This document shows, one piece after another, positions 54,900 to 63,121 of a stretch of DNA of 64,000 nt. The DNA is from Candidatus Latescibacterota bacterium (lineage in GTDB: Bacteria; Latescibacterota; UBA2968; UBA8231): positions 4,576,001 through 4,640,000 of the forward strand of contig OZ253462.1 in the NCBI GenBank assembly GCA_965261395.1, in the 5' to 3' direction. The notes below the pieces were generated by a model. That model was given only the letters and a program-made list of their open reading frames with translations, made no database searches and was not told the DNA's origin. The translations under genes were made by a program, and so were the position numbers. Numbering within the stretch: position 1 is the stretch's first letter; every line of letters begins with the position of its first letter.

Positions 54900-57083
54900 T
54901 CAAGGCAGCTTCGTCGTCTTCTTGGCTTCTATTTGTCCGTCCACCTCAACCTGATAGATATACACCCCAGCGGCCACCGCCTTACCCGCCTCGTCACGGC
55001 CATCCCACACAAACCGATGGCTCCCCGCCCCCAGCGGCCCCTGCCACACCTGCCGCACCCGACGCCCTAACACATCGTACACCGTCAGCGACACTCCCGC
55101 CGCGTCCGTCGCCAGATCAAGAGGGATCACCACAGCCGGATTGAACGGATTGGGGTAGCTATCGCCGAGCCGATGCTGCACCGGCCGCGCTACCACTGGC
55201 GTCATCACGGCGGTCGGCTGCTCGCCCAGAGAGCTCTTGAGCACATGTACGCCGCCCAATATCGGATCTAACACCACCAAGTCGACATCGCCGTCGCCAT
55301 CCATATCCCCAGACAGCACGTATCGCCCACTGCCCTCCAGCCGATGCCGCTCCCCTTCTTGAGTCGGGTTGACACGCCCGCCCCATTCGACAAACACCCC
55401 AAAACCCGAAGCGCGATCCCCACCTATAAACACCCAGTCGTCCACCCCATCGGCATTCAGGTCGCGCACCAATACCGGCGAGCGCCGCAACAGCCGATCA
55501 TCATACAGCACCTCGGCTTCTATGCGGTCCCCGGCTCCCTTGCTCTGCAAGACGATCCCCTTGCTCCCTTCGATCAGATCGAATGTGAACTCGGTGAGGA
55601 AATCCACCTGCCCATCGCCATCAAAATCGCCCACCCCTAACGGATCCATCCATTCATCGAATTCAAATACCTCGCCGATCTGAAGCTCCTCGCCCAAGGC
55701 CCCCACAATCCACCTGTTCTCCCGCCCAGCGAGCGATGTCCAGAACACGTCTAGGGTCCCATCGCTGGTAAAGTCGCCGATCTGAACGGGCGAATAGTTT
55801 TTGGAAGCCGCCACCTCTTCGGAGGTCCACACGCCCTGTTCGACCTCCCACACCGCTAACGTGCTTGAAAACTCCGCCGTACCCGCGATCACTTCCTCTG
55901 AAGAGCCTTCAACCGTAGTCCCCTTTACAAATAATTCGACCCGGCCGTCGCCATCCCAATCTACTACACTATGGATCTGTCTATCGACCTGCACGAGCAC
56001 CTCGATTTGGAGTTCCGGCCCGATAGACCAAACTTCTGTCTTGGGCTCACGGTTGCTTCTTGATATCGCGATTTCGTTTTTACCATCGCCCGTCAAATCA
56101 GCACCAAGCGCCTTTAAGACAACCACTGAGGAGACGGTTATCCCTCCAGTTATACTACCCTCCCCTGTGGCCGCTACTGCTACTTCCTCTATAACAGGCC
56201 CACGTTCCAAGGCACCTCGCCCGTCATTGAGGGCCATCAGCCAGCCCGCTTTAGACTCATCCCCTCCCGGCGATAGTGTTTTCGTTTGCGTTTCCCAGAG
56301 GCCGAACAGGTCTAAGTCGCCATCGCCATCCAAGTCCGTCAACACACCGCCCCCCCTCTCCCCTAGATACCCTCCTCCATACCCTCCATGAAGTGCTTCC
56401 CCTACGCCCAGCGCAATCGGATAGAAAACCGGCGGCGCAAAAAGGCCGGCCCCAGCAAAGCCAAAGTAGTACTCTACGGACGGCGGCGGCAGTTCCCCCT
56501 CTATCAACTCTTCCACGCCGGTCAACTCGATCAAGTCGATCTCAAACGCCTCAACCCCCTCGGTAGCCGAATCAGAATCCAGTATAAAACTTAGCTGAAT
56601 ATTTTTTAACAGGCCCTCCCATCCGTCTTGATCCGCCAGCGAGAACACCACTTCCTGCCACTCGGTGGTATAGACTATTTGTTGTACGAGGTCATCTTCA
56701 AGTTTTTCATAACTAAAAAAATCAAAACCTGAAGAGCTTTCCCACTCTATCCAAAAAGTACCTTCCGTAGGGCGGTCATGGATGGTGCGGAACCGGACGC
56801 GGACTTGGTCGAACAAGCCCGAATCGTACCCGATGGTCGAAGAAATCACTTCGACACCCGGGCTGGAGGCGTACAAACTATTGGTGACGGCGGGATCAAC
56901 CCTGATCCGCCACACACCGTCTTCGACCATCGATGGAAACTGGTGGAATTCACGCGCCCCCCCCCATGTAAGCGCTTCTTTGGCGGTCCACCCTTGCGTC
57001 GTCCCATCGTCAAAATCCCACTTGATCGCCTCGGCGAGACTACTCCACAGCACAATCCATATGACAATGGCGAATTTCAGCAT
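54900..57083 (-). CDS. Secreted FG-GAP/VCBS repeat protein with FlgD-like C-terminal domain
   Basis: Sec signal; DLDGDGDLD-type repeats; FlgD tail nearly identical to those of the two downstream genes. Confidence 0.85.
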   Translation of the reverse strand: MLKFAIVIWIVLWSSLAEAIKWDFDDGTTQGWTAKEALTWGGAREFHQFPSMVEDGVWRIRVDPAVTNSLYASSPGVEVISSTIGYDSGLFDQVRVRFRTIHDRPTEGTFWIEWESSSGFDFFSYEKLEDDLVQQIVYTTEWQEVVFSLADQDGWEGLLKNIQLSFILDSDSATEGVEAFEIDLIELTGVEELIEGELPPPSVEYYFGFAGAGLFAPPVFYPIALGVGEALHGGYGGGYLGERGGGVLTDLDGDGDLDLFGLWETQTKTLSPGGDESKAGWLMALNDGRGALERGPVIEEVAVAATGEGSITGGITVSSVVVLKALGADLTGDGKNEIAISRSNREPKTEVWSIGPELQIEVLVQVDRQIHSVVDWDGDGRVELFVKGTTVEGSSEEVIAGTAEFSSTLAVWEVEQGVWTSEEVAASKNYSPVQIGDFTSDGTLDVFWTSLAGRENRWIVGALGEELQIGEVFEFDEWMDPLGVGDFDGDGQVDFLTEFTFDLIEGSKGIVLQSKGAGDRIEAEVLYDDRLLRRSPVLVRDLNADGVDDWVFIGGDRASGFGVFVEWGGRVNPTQEGERHRLEGSGRYVLSGDMDGDGDVDLVVLDPILGGVHVLKSSLGEQPTAVMTPVVARPVQHRLGDSYPNPFNPAVVIPLDLATDAAGVSLTVYDVLGRRVRQVWQGPLGAGSHRFVWDGRDEAGKAVAAGVYIYQVEVDGQIEAKKTTKLP

Positions 57084-57201
57084 GATATCACAGAATCCTT
57101 TCCAACAGGTAAAACTCTGACAGACAGCGTACTATCCGTTAAAAAAAGAAAAGGGGGATGTGAAAGCTGCTTGGCGATTCTTGGGAGACCCGACGGGGGT
57201 T

Positions 57202-57342
57202 TTAAAACCAATACGGTTTAGTTAAGCACTATGTAAACGATGAAACGGGTGCCAAATAGATCGGCATTACACGAGTTATCCATCAGAATCTAGTGCTGCT
57301 ATCCGTGGCTATCAGCCGCTAACTAAACCGTATTAATTTTAA
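57202..57342. mobile_element. About 140-bp MITE-like element
   Basis: Terminal IR TTAAAACCAATACGGTTTAGTTA / TAACTAAACCGTATTAATTTTAA (21/23, inner 15 bp perfect). Confidence 0.55.
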
Positions 57343-57351
57343 GACAGCCTC

Positions 57352-57633
57352 TTAGCAAGCGCAGCAGTACCAAGCAGAGCACTGGATAGAACAATTCGAA
57401 TCCAGCCGACAGTCCCTACACTTGCACTTCTGTCCCCCGCCCGTGGCCTCGTCGCAACCTGAGCTAGACACCGGACCCTCTCTCCATGAGGTATCGTCGC
57501 AGGCAGCAGCTTCTCGCGCCCCGAGCAGGACGGCGACCCCCGTGAGGGCACTGATGACCCAACCCAACCCCAACCCCTGCCGAGCCGGAGCCAAACCGCT
57601 CGAGGACGTGAAAAATTCCCGAATATTGTCCAT
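57352..57633 (-). CDS. Conserved-leader Cys-rich peptide precursor A (10 Cys core)
   Basis: SD AAGGAG; 44-aa leader shared with 3 neighbours; 49-aa core. Confidence 0.85.
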   Translation of the reverse strand: MDNIREFFTSSSGLAPARQGLGLGWVISALTGVAVLLGAREAAACDDTSWREGPVSSSGCDEATGGGQKCKCRDCRLDSNCSIQCSAWYCCAC

Positions 57634-57686
57634 CTTATTTTACTCCTTTATTCTTTGCCGACTATCCGTGAAGTAAGAAGGGAAAA

Positions 57687-57721
57687 GGGGGCCGGCTTAA
57701 TCGCTACGATTAAACCGGCCC
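57687..57721 (-). terminator. Intrinsic terminator-like hairpin between the peptide genes
   Basis: GGGGCCGGCTTAATCG-CTA-CGATTAAACCGGCCC, followed on the minus strand by a CTTTT pyrimidine run. Confidence 0.55.
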
Positions 57722-57778
57722 TTTACACCTTAGCAAGAGAAACGGCTCTACAGCAGCTAAGGTTGTCTCAGACATTCT

Positions 57779-58060
57779 TCAAACGCAGCAGTAGTTCCCT
57801 CCACACCTTGTCACGCAGTTCGAGTCCAGCCAACAGTCCTGACACATCTTCGGCAATCTCCCGTTCGTAGCCTCGTCGCAACCTGCGTTGTACCCCTTAT
57901 CCCTTGTCCAGCGTCTTTCGTCGCAATCGGCAGCAGCTTCTCGCGCCCCGAGCAGGATCGCGACCCCCGCGAGAGCACTGATGACCCACCCGAGCCCCAA
58001 CCCCTGCCGAGCCGGAGCCAAACCGCTCGACGAGCCGATAAATTCCCGTAACATAGTCAT
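57779..58060 (-). CDS. Conserved-leader Cys-rich peptide precursor B (8 Cys core)
   Basis: Paralog of 57352-57633; shared GCDEAT.G and C.DC.LDSNC...C...YCC. Confidence 0.85.
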   Translation of the reverse strand: MTMLREFIGSSSGLAPARQGLGLGWVISALAGVAILLGAREAAADCDERRWTRDKGYNAGCDEATNGRLPKMCQDCWLDSNCVTRCGGNYCCV

Positions 58061-58198
58061 GATTCATCCCCTCTTAGTAGCCCAGTACGCTCGCAACACG
58101 TTGTTGCTTTGGTACTGGAGTGAGTGTTGAGCAACGACCGATACGACTTCGTATCACCTCCTTTCTTCTGCATCGGCCTCGCCTTCAACGAGGATATA

Positions 58199-58214
58199 TG
58201 CAAGTTTCTTGCCA
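58199..58214 (-). promoter_or_regulatory. Sigma-54 (-24/-12) promoter
   Basis: Minus strand TGGCAAG-AAAC-TTGCA vs consensus TGGCACG-N4-TTGCW with exact spacing; adjacent to a sigma-54 activator gene. Confidence 0.8.
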
Positions 58215-58336
58215 AAGATCAGGACCTATACAAAAAATCCTTTAGGATGAACCTAAAGGATTGAAAAACATGATACTTAAAATTATGGGACGGGTCTTTC
58301 TATGACACGCGGCCTCGCCATCGGCGCAAGGCTTTC

Positions 58337-58390
58337 CACGATTTTTCCGTGGATTTACACGGCTTTTTCGTGGATTTACACGACTTTCGT
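58337..58390. promoter_or_regulatory. 21-bp tandem repeat array, candidate enhancer (UAS)
   Basis: CACGATTTTTCCGTGGATTTA / CACGGCTTTTTCGTGGATTTA / CACGACTTTCGT; the full units contain the dyad CACG-N7-CGTG. Confidence 0.65.
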
Positions 58391-58428
58391 TGGCCGTTGG
58401 TCGCCTGTATAAGCGCTTGCGTCCTGCG

Positions 58429-61400
58429 CTACTTCTTCGGGCGTCGTACCCCGTATTTCTGCATGCGGTAACGCAGCTTCTCCGGGTGCATACCCAACAA
58501 CGCGGCGGCACCATGCACACCATAGATCCTCCAGTGGGTCGCTTGCAGGGCCGCTAGGATTTGCTGCTTTTCGTCCACCTCTTCGACCGGCGGCGCTTCG
58601 TCCGCGTCCCCGGTTCGTCGTTCAGTCGGCGGGTGCTCCCCATCCCCGGCGGGCGGCGCAACCGACGGCAACGACACATCCTCCACCCGCATGACGCCAT
58701 CTTCGCACAGCAAGACCGCGCGGTGGATCAAGTGCTCTAACTCCCGCACATTCCCCGGCCAAGCATACCCCTGCAAGTGCGCGACCACCCCCTCGTCTAG
58801 CGTCGGCACCGACCGCTTTAGGTCTTGGGCGAACCGCGCCACAAAATACGCCGTCAAAGTCGGTATATCCTCTCGCCGCTGCCGCAGCGGCGGAAGCGCT
58901 AGCGTGAAGACGCTCAGACGGTAGAACAGGTCTTCGCGGAACGTGCCCTCCTGTACATCCTGCCGCAGATCGCGGTTGGTCGCCGCCACCACCCGCACCT
59001 CCACGGTTACAGGATGCTCGCCACCGACGCGGGTCAGGGTCTTCTCCTCTAAAATGTGCAGCAGCACCCGCTGGGCTTCTAACGGCAAATCGCCGACTTC
59101 GTCCAGAAAGAGGGTGCCGCCATCGGCTAGTTCAAAGCGCCCGAGCTGGCGGGTGTCTGCCCCGGTAAAGGCCCCTTTCTCGTGGCCAAACAGCTCGCTT
59201 TCGACCAGCCCGGCGGGCAGCGCCCCGCAATTAACTTGGATAAAGGGCCGCTTGCGGCGGGTGCTTGTTTCGTGGACGGTCCGAGCGAGCAAACCCTTGC
59301 CGGTGCCGGTCTCGCCCAGCACCAGCACATTCATATCGGTCTCGGCTACCCGCGAGACCTGTCTCATTACCTCGTGCATGACTCGACTGTGGCTCTGCGC
59401 CATATGGTCAATAGGCCGGAGTGTCCTTTCGAGGGCGTCGATGCGCTCGGTTTTGGCGTCGGGGAGGACCTGAATCTTCAAGCCGACTACCCCGGACCTC
59501 AGGCCATCCCGGTCTATGGTCTGCACCTCAAAGCGGTAGTCACCCACCGGCAAGGCGTTATACGCCACTACATTGGCGGTGGTGAACGCGCTCCACTGTT
59601 CTGCTGGGCCGTAGCCTAACAGGCGGTGGCTATAGCGCATCAGCTTCGCGCCGGTGCGGAAGCTGATACCTTGGAAGCGAACGCGAATTTCCGGGGTGTG
59701 CTCTATACAGGATACGGCTTCGGGCGCAGCAAAGAGGCTCCCGGCCATCACCTCGCGGATCACCAAGCACGGAGACGTGTCGCCGGGCTGGTAGGCGACC
59801 AGTCCGGCCCGCGTCCCAAACCACAGTTGGCCATGGCGGTCGCATTGGATAGCCTCGACTACGTTTCCGAGAGCAGATGGTCCTAAGCGGATGCTTTGAA
59901 AGGTCTGGCCGTCGTAGCGGATCACTCCCCCGCCGCTGGTCCCGATCCAAACATTGCCCTGCCGGTCGGCCGCCAGCGCCAAGATGCCATTGGCCACCAG
60001 CCCGGAATTATTGGCGGTAAAGTGGCCCACCTGCCCCGACGAGCGGTCGAGGATGAAAAGCCCCTTAGCCGTACCTATCCACAAGGTATTTTGATACTCC
60101 CACAAGACATTGACATAGGCGATGGTCTCCGCCTCGGCCATATCCACCGGGCGAAATTGACCGTCTTTGTACCAATAGAGCGCCGGTATTCTTGCGTAGA
60201 AACCAATCCAGAATACCCCGTTTTGGTCTTGCAGCAAGGAACGACACTCGTCGCCTGCCCACTCGTCGAAGGGGATGAAGCGATTGGCTTCTATCCAGCC
60301 GAAGTGGCCCTGGAGCGTGCCAATCCATATACGCCCTTGCTGATCTGTGCACAGCCCGGTGATTTTTTCGGCGTGGGTCTCTTCAGTCACCGTGATCACT
60401 TGCGGCGTTTGGCCCCCCCACTTGTACACCCGGCCGGTGTCCCCACCACTCCAAACCTGCCCCTCTTCATCCACCACCATCGCCGAAACGGTTTCATCCG
60501 TATTGAGCGGACAGATTTGGCCCTCTTCCATATAGGCCATACCGCCCATCGTGCCGATCCACATCCGTCCCCCATGGTCTTCTCCCAAATGGCAAATCTC
60601 GCGGTCGGGCAGGCCGTCGGCTTCCGTGTAGCACCGGATGCTGGCCGGATCGCAAAAAATCAGCCCGCCGCCCCAAAGCCCGATCCAGATATTGCCCTCG
60701 CGGTCCTCGTAGGTCAGGCGCGTACCCGAAAAGTCTGCATCCGGCAGGGAGACGGAAAAATGATGCCACTCTTGATCATTGTGTACAACCACCCCTCGGC
60801 GTGCCAGCCAGAGTCGGTCCCCATCGTCAGCCCGCACGTGCCGCACCCCGTTCTGCGTGCCCCTATCGGTCTTATGGCCCACATGGATGAATGCAAACTG
60901 CTCGTCTCGCGGATCGTAGCGGCCAATAAAGGTTTCGGGGGCCGTGTACAGGAAGGCGATCCACAGATGGCCGGAAGAGGTTTGGGCGAATTTCCAAGGA
61001 TGTTGAATCGCCTCCTCGTCAATACCCATGCACCGCCCATCTAAGCTGATGATGCCTCGGTCCCACGTCGCCAGCCAGGTAGTACCCGCCGCGTCGGTGG
61101 CCATATCGTACACCCGCCCCAAAGGTTGGCCGCCAACTTCGGTTATGAGCTTTGTGCAGCGATCTTGGGCAAACCAAGCCACGCCCGCGCCAGTCAACGC
61201 CACAATCGAACCATCCGGCTGGACTTGCAAACCCATGATCTCGTTGGAAGGCAGGCCGTGCTCAGTGGTGTACACCTGAAAGCCGCGCCCGTCATAGGCG
61301 GCAATCCCCCCGCCGAACGTGCCGAACAGCAGCCGCCCGTCGGCTTCCTCGGCAATGGCCATGACCGTCAGATTGGGCAGGCCGTCTTTGAGGCCAAAGT

Positions 61401-61563
61401 TATCAAAATGGGCGCTGTCGAACCGGCTGACGCCGCCGTCGGCCGTGGCGATCCAGAGAAAGCCCTGGCGGTCTTGGTAGATGTCTTCCACGTGCATCCC
61501 AGCCAGCCCATCAAAGACCGTGTACTGGCTGCTCAACACGTGCTCAAAGGATATGTCGCTCAT
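58429..61563 (-). CDS. Sigma-54 enhancer-binding protein with N-terminal two-component-regulator beta-propeller and Y_Y_Y domain
   Basis: DGL..D..G.LWI.T..GG repeats; GETGTGK, ESELFGHEKGAFTGA, LFLDEVG, WPGNVREL, Fis HTH. Confidence 0.92.
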   Translation of the reverse strand: MSDISFEHVLSSQYTVFDGLAGMHVEDIYQDRQGFLWIATADGGVSRFDSAHFDNFGLKDGLPNLTVMAIAEEADGRLLFGTFGGGIAAYDGRGFQVYTTEHGLPSNEIMGLQVQPDGSIVALTGAGVAWFAQDRCTKLITEVGGQPLGRVYDMATDAAGTTWLATWDRGIISLDGRCMGIDEEAIQHPWKFAQTSSGHLWIAFLYTAPETFIGRYDPRDEQFAFIHVGHKTDRGTQNGVRHVRADDGDRLWLARRGVVVHNDQEWHHFSVSLPDADFSGTRLTYEDREGNIWIGLWGGGLIFCDPASIRCYTEADGLPDREICHLGEDHGGRMWIGTMGGMAYMEEGQICPLNTDETVSAMVVDEEGQVWSGGDTGRVYKWGGQTPQVITVTEETHAEKITGLCTDQQGRIWIGTLQGHFGWIEANRFIPFDEWAGDECRSLLQDQNGVFWIGFYARIPALYWYKDGQFRPVDMAEAETIAYVNVLWEYQNTLWIGTAKGLFILDRSSGQVGHFTANNSGLVANGILALAADRQGNVWIGTSGGGVIRYDGQTFQSIRLGPSALGNVVEAIQCDRHGQLWFGTRAGLVAYQPGDTSPCLVIREVMAGSLFAAPEAVSCIEHTPEIRVRFQGISFRTGAKLMRYSHRLLGYGPAEQWSAFTTANVVAYNALPVGDYRFEVQTIDRDGLRSGVVGLKIQVLPDAKTERIDALERTLRPIDHMAQSHSRVMHEVMRQVSRVAETDMNVLVLGETGTGKGLLARTVHETSTRRKRPFIQVNCGALPAGLVESELFGHEKGAFTGADTRQLGRFELADGGTLFLDEVGDLPLEAQRVLLHILEEKTLTRVGGEHPVTVEVRVVAATNRDLRQDVQEGTFREDLFYRLSVFTLALPPLRQRREDIPTLTAYFVARFAQDLKRSVPTLDEGVVAHLQGYAWPGNVRELEHLIHRAVLLCEDGVMRVEDVSLPSVAPPAGDGEHPPTERRTGDADEAPPVEEVDEKQQILAALQATHWRIYGVHGAAALLGMHPEKLRYRMQKYGVRRPKK

Positions 61564-61731
61564 ACTCGTCCTTCCGACGATTGGGAGGTCCGGCCAAACG
61601 GCACAACATCCGTTTAATACATGAGCTTCCCCTAAGATATGATCGCCGACACTCTAAAACTACTCCTAGCTGGAGGGGTTGGCCTTCCTACTTGTACACT
61701 CGGTCCGCGTCCCCCCGCCCCTTTGCGCTTC

Positions 61732-61760
61732 TTGACAAGGATACACCGCTAAGCTAGCAT
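61732..61760 (+). promoter_or_regulatory. Sigma-70 promoter
   Basis: TTGACA-N17-TAGCAT; overlaps ATG 61759, so the real start is probably 61774. Confidence 0.5.
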
Positions 61761-61773
61761 GTACATACCCAAC

Positions 61774-62439
61774 ATGTTAGCTGCCCGCATCTTCAAGACG
61801 GTGCTCGCGCCCGCCCTCGTCTTGCTCCCCTCCCCCAACCCGAGCGTTGTGCGCGATATGGACCGCGACATCGACGCCTTGCAACGCGCCGAGTGCGAAT
61901 ACCGGGGCATTGTGGCCCGCTTCGACGAACTCACTCGCGCCTATATCCTGCAAGCATACGAAGACGGCCAACTACTTCGCTGGCAGGCCCAGCCCAGCCC
62001 CTACAACCCCGAAACCGAGACCTTGGTCACCGCGGTCTTTACCGCAGCCGGCCCCAAGGCATCCGCTCCACTGCCCGAATTGGCCCATCTTCGCGCCCAG
62101 AGCGGGGCGGGCGCCGGAGTCACCTGGCGTTACAGCAAGCTAGCCGCCGTGCGGATCGCGCCCCACGGCGACTTAGCTCGCGACGCTATGGCCGTGTTTA
62201 GAGCCACGGTTGACGACTTTGTCGAGCGCATGGTGTACGCACCCGCAGGCGGCGAACTGCGCGCTGCCCCCGATCCCAACGCCCCAGTGCTAGCTCACGT
62301 CGAGGCGGGTGCGGTCTTGCTCGTCGAGGAAGAGCGAGCGGGCTATGTCCGCGTGCGCCAGCCGCCAGCGACTGCGGCCGGGTGGCTGGAACGAAAGCAA
62401 GTGCGAGTCGTTGAAAAAGCCGATGGACGCGATTATTGA
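61774..62439 (+). CDS. Hypothetical protein with C-terminal SH3-like domain
   Basis: [12 protein letters not shown]...GYVRVR....GWL. Confidence 0.65.
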   Translation: MLAARIFKTVLAPALVLLPSPNPSVVRDMDRDIDALQRAECEYRGIVARFDELTRAYILQAYEDGQLLRWQAQPSPYNPETETLVTAVFTAAGPKASAPLPELAHLRAQSGAGAGVTWRYSKLAAVRIAPHGDLARDAMAVFRATVDDFVERMVYAPAGGELRAAPDPNAPVLAHVEAGAVLLVEEERAGYVRVRQPPATAAGWLERKQVRVVEKADGRDY

Positions 62440-63121
62440 AATACACAACCTGACCAAGACCTACGACATGGGAGCGACTGCGGTCCACGCCCTAAACGAG
62501 GTGGACCTCTGCGTGGCCACGGGCGAATACGTAGCTATCATGGGGCCGTCGGGATCGGGCAAGAGCACCTTGCTCAACATCCTCGGCTGCCTCGACGTGC
62601 CCACCTCGGGCAGCTATGCCCTCGGCAATGTCCGCGTCAGCGATATGGCAGATGACGACTTAGCGAGGATCCGCAATCAGGAGATCGGCTTCGTCTTCCA
62701 AACCTTTAACCTCCTACCCCGCGCCAACGCCCTAGGCAATGTCGAGCTGCCGCTGATCTACAGCGGCCTACCAGCGAGCCAACGCCGCGAGCGGGCTGCC
62801 CATGTCCTCGCGTCCGTAGGCTTGGCCGATCGCATCGACCACCGACCCAACGAGCTGTCCGGCGGCCAGAAGCAACGCGTGTCCATTGCCCGCGCCCTCG
62901 TCAACGAGCCCTCCATCATCCTCGCCGACGAGCCGACCGGTGCCCTCGACTCCCGCACCGGCAACGAGATCATGGACCTCTTCGACCAAGTACACGCTGC
63001 GGGCAACACCATCCTCCTGGTGACGCACGAAGAGCACCTCGCCCGCCGCAGCCACCGCATCGTCCGCTTCCGCGATGGCCGCATCGAAAGTGATTGCCCA
63101 ACCGAGGAGGCCGCCCTGTGA
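62423..63121 (+). CDS. ABC transporter ATP-binding protein (LolD/MacB type)
   Basis: [35 protein letters not shown]. Confidence 0.95.
   Translation: MDAIIEIHNLTKTYDMGATAVHALNEVDLCVATGEYVAIMGPSGSGKSTLLNILGCLDVPTSGSYALGNVRVSDMADDDLARIRNQEIGFVFQTFNLLPRANALGNVELPLIYSGLPASQRRERAAHVLASVGLADRIDHRPNELSGGQKQRVSIARALVNEPSIILADEPTGALDSRTGNEIMDLFDQVHAAGNTILLVTHEEHLARRSHRIVRFRDGRIESDCPTEEAAL

Noticed and set aside
57240-57254. Second sigma-54 promoter (TGGCACC-CGTT-TCAT)
   Set aside because: The -12 element lacks the essential GC and the site lies inside the MITE-like element.
58337-58390. Possible CRISPR or coding repeat (ORF 58242-58523)
   Set aside because: Only 2.5 units with no spacers; position fits an enhancer; the ORF overlaps the activator 3' end and has no recognisable features.
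32573-61044. Long opposite-strand ORFs (32573-33469, 34688-36046, 37564-38523, 39211-40215, 53563-54852, 59896-61044)
   Set aside because: Antisense shadows of well-supported high-GC genes, with no motifs.
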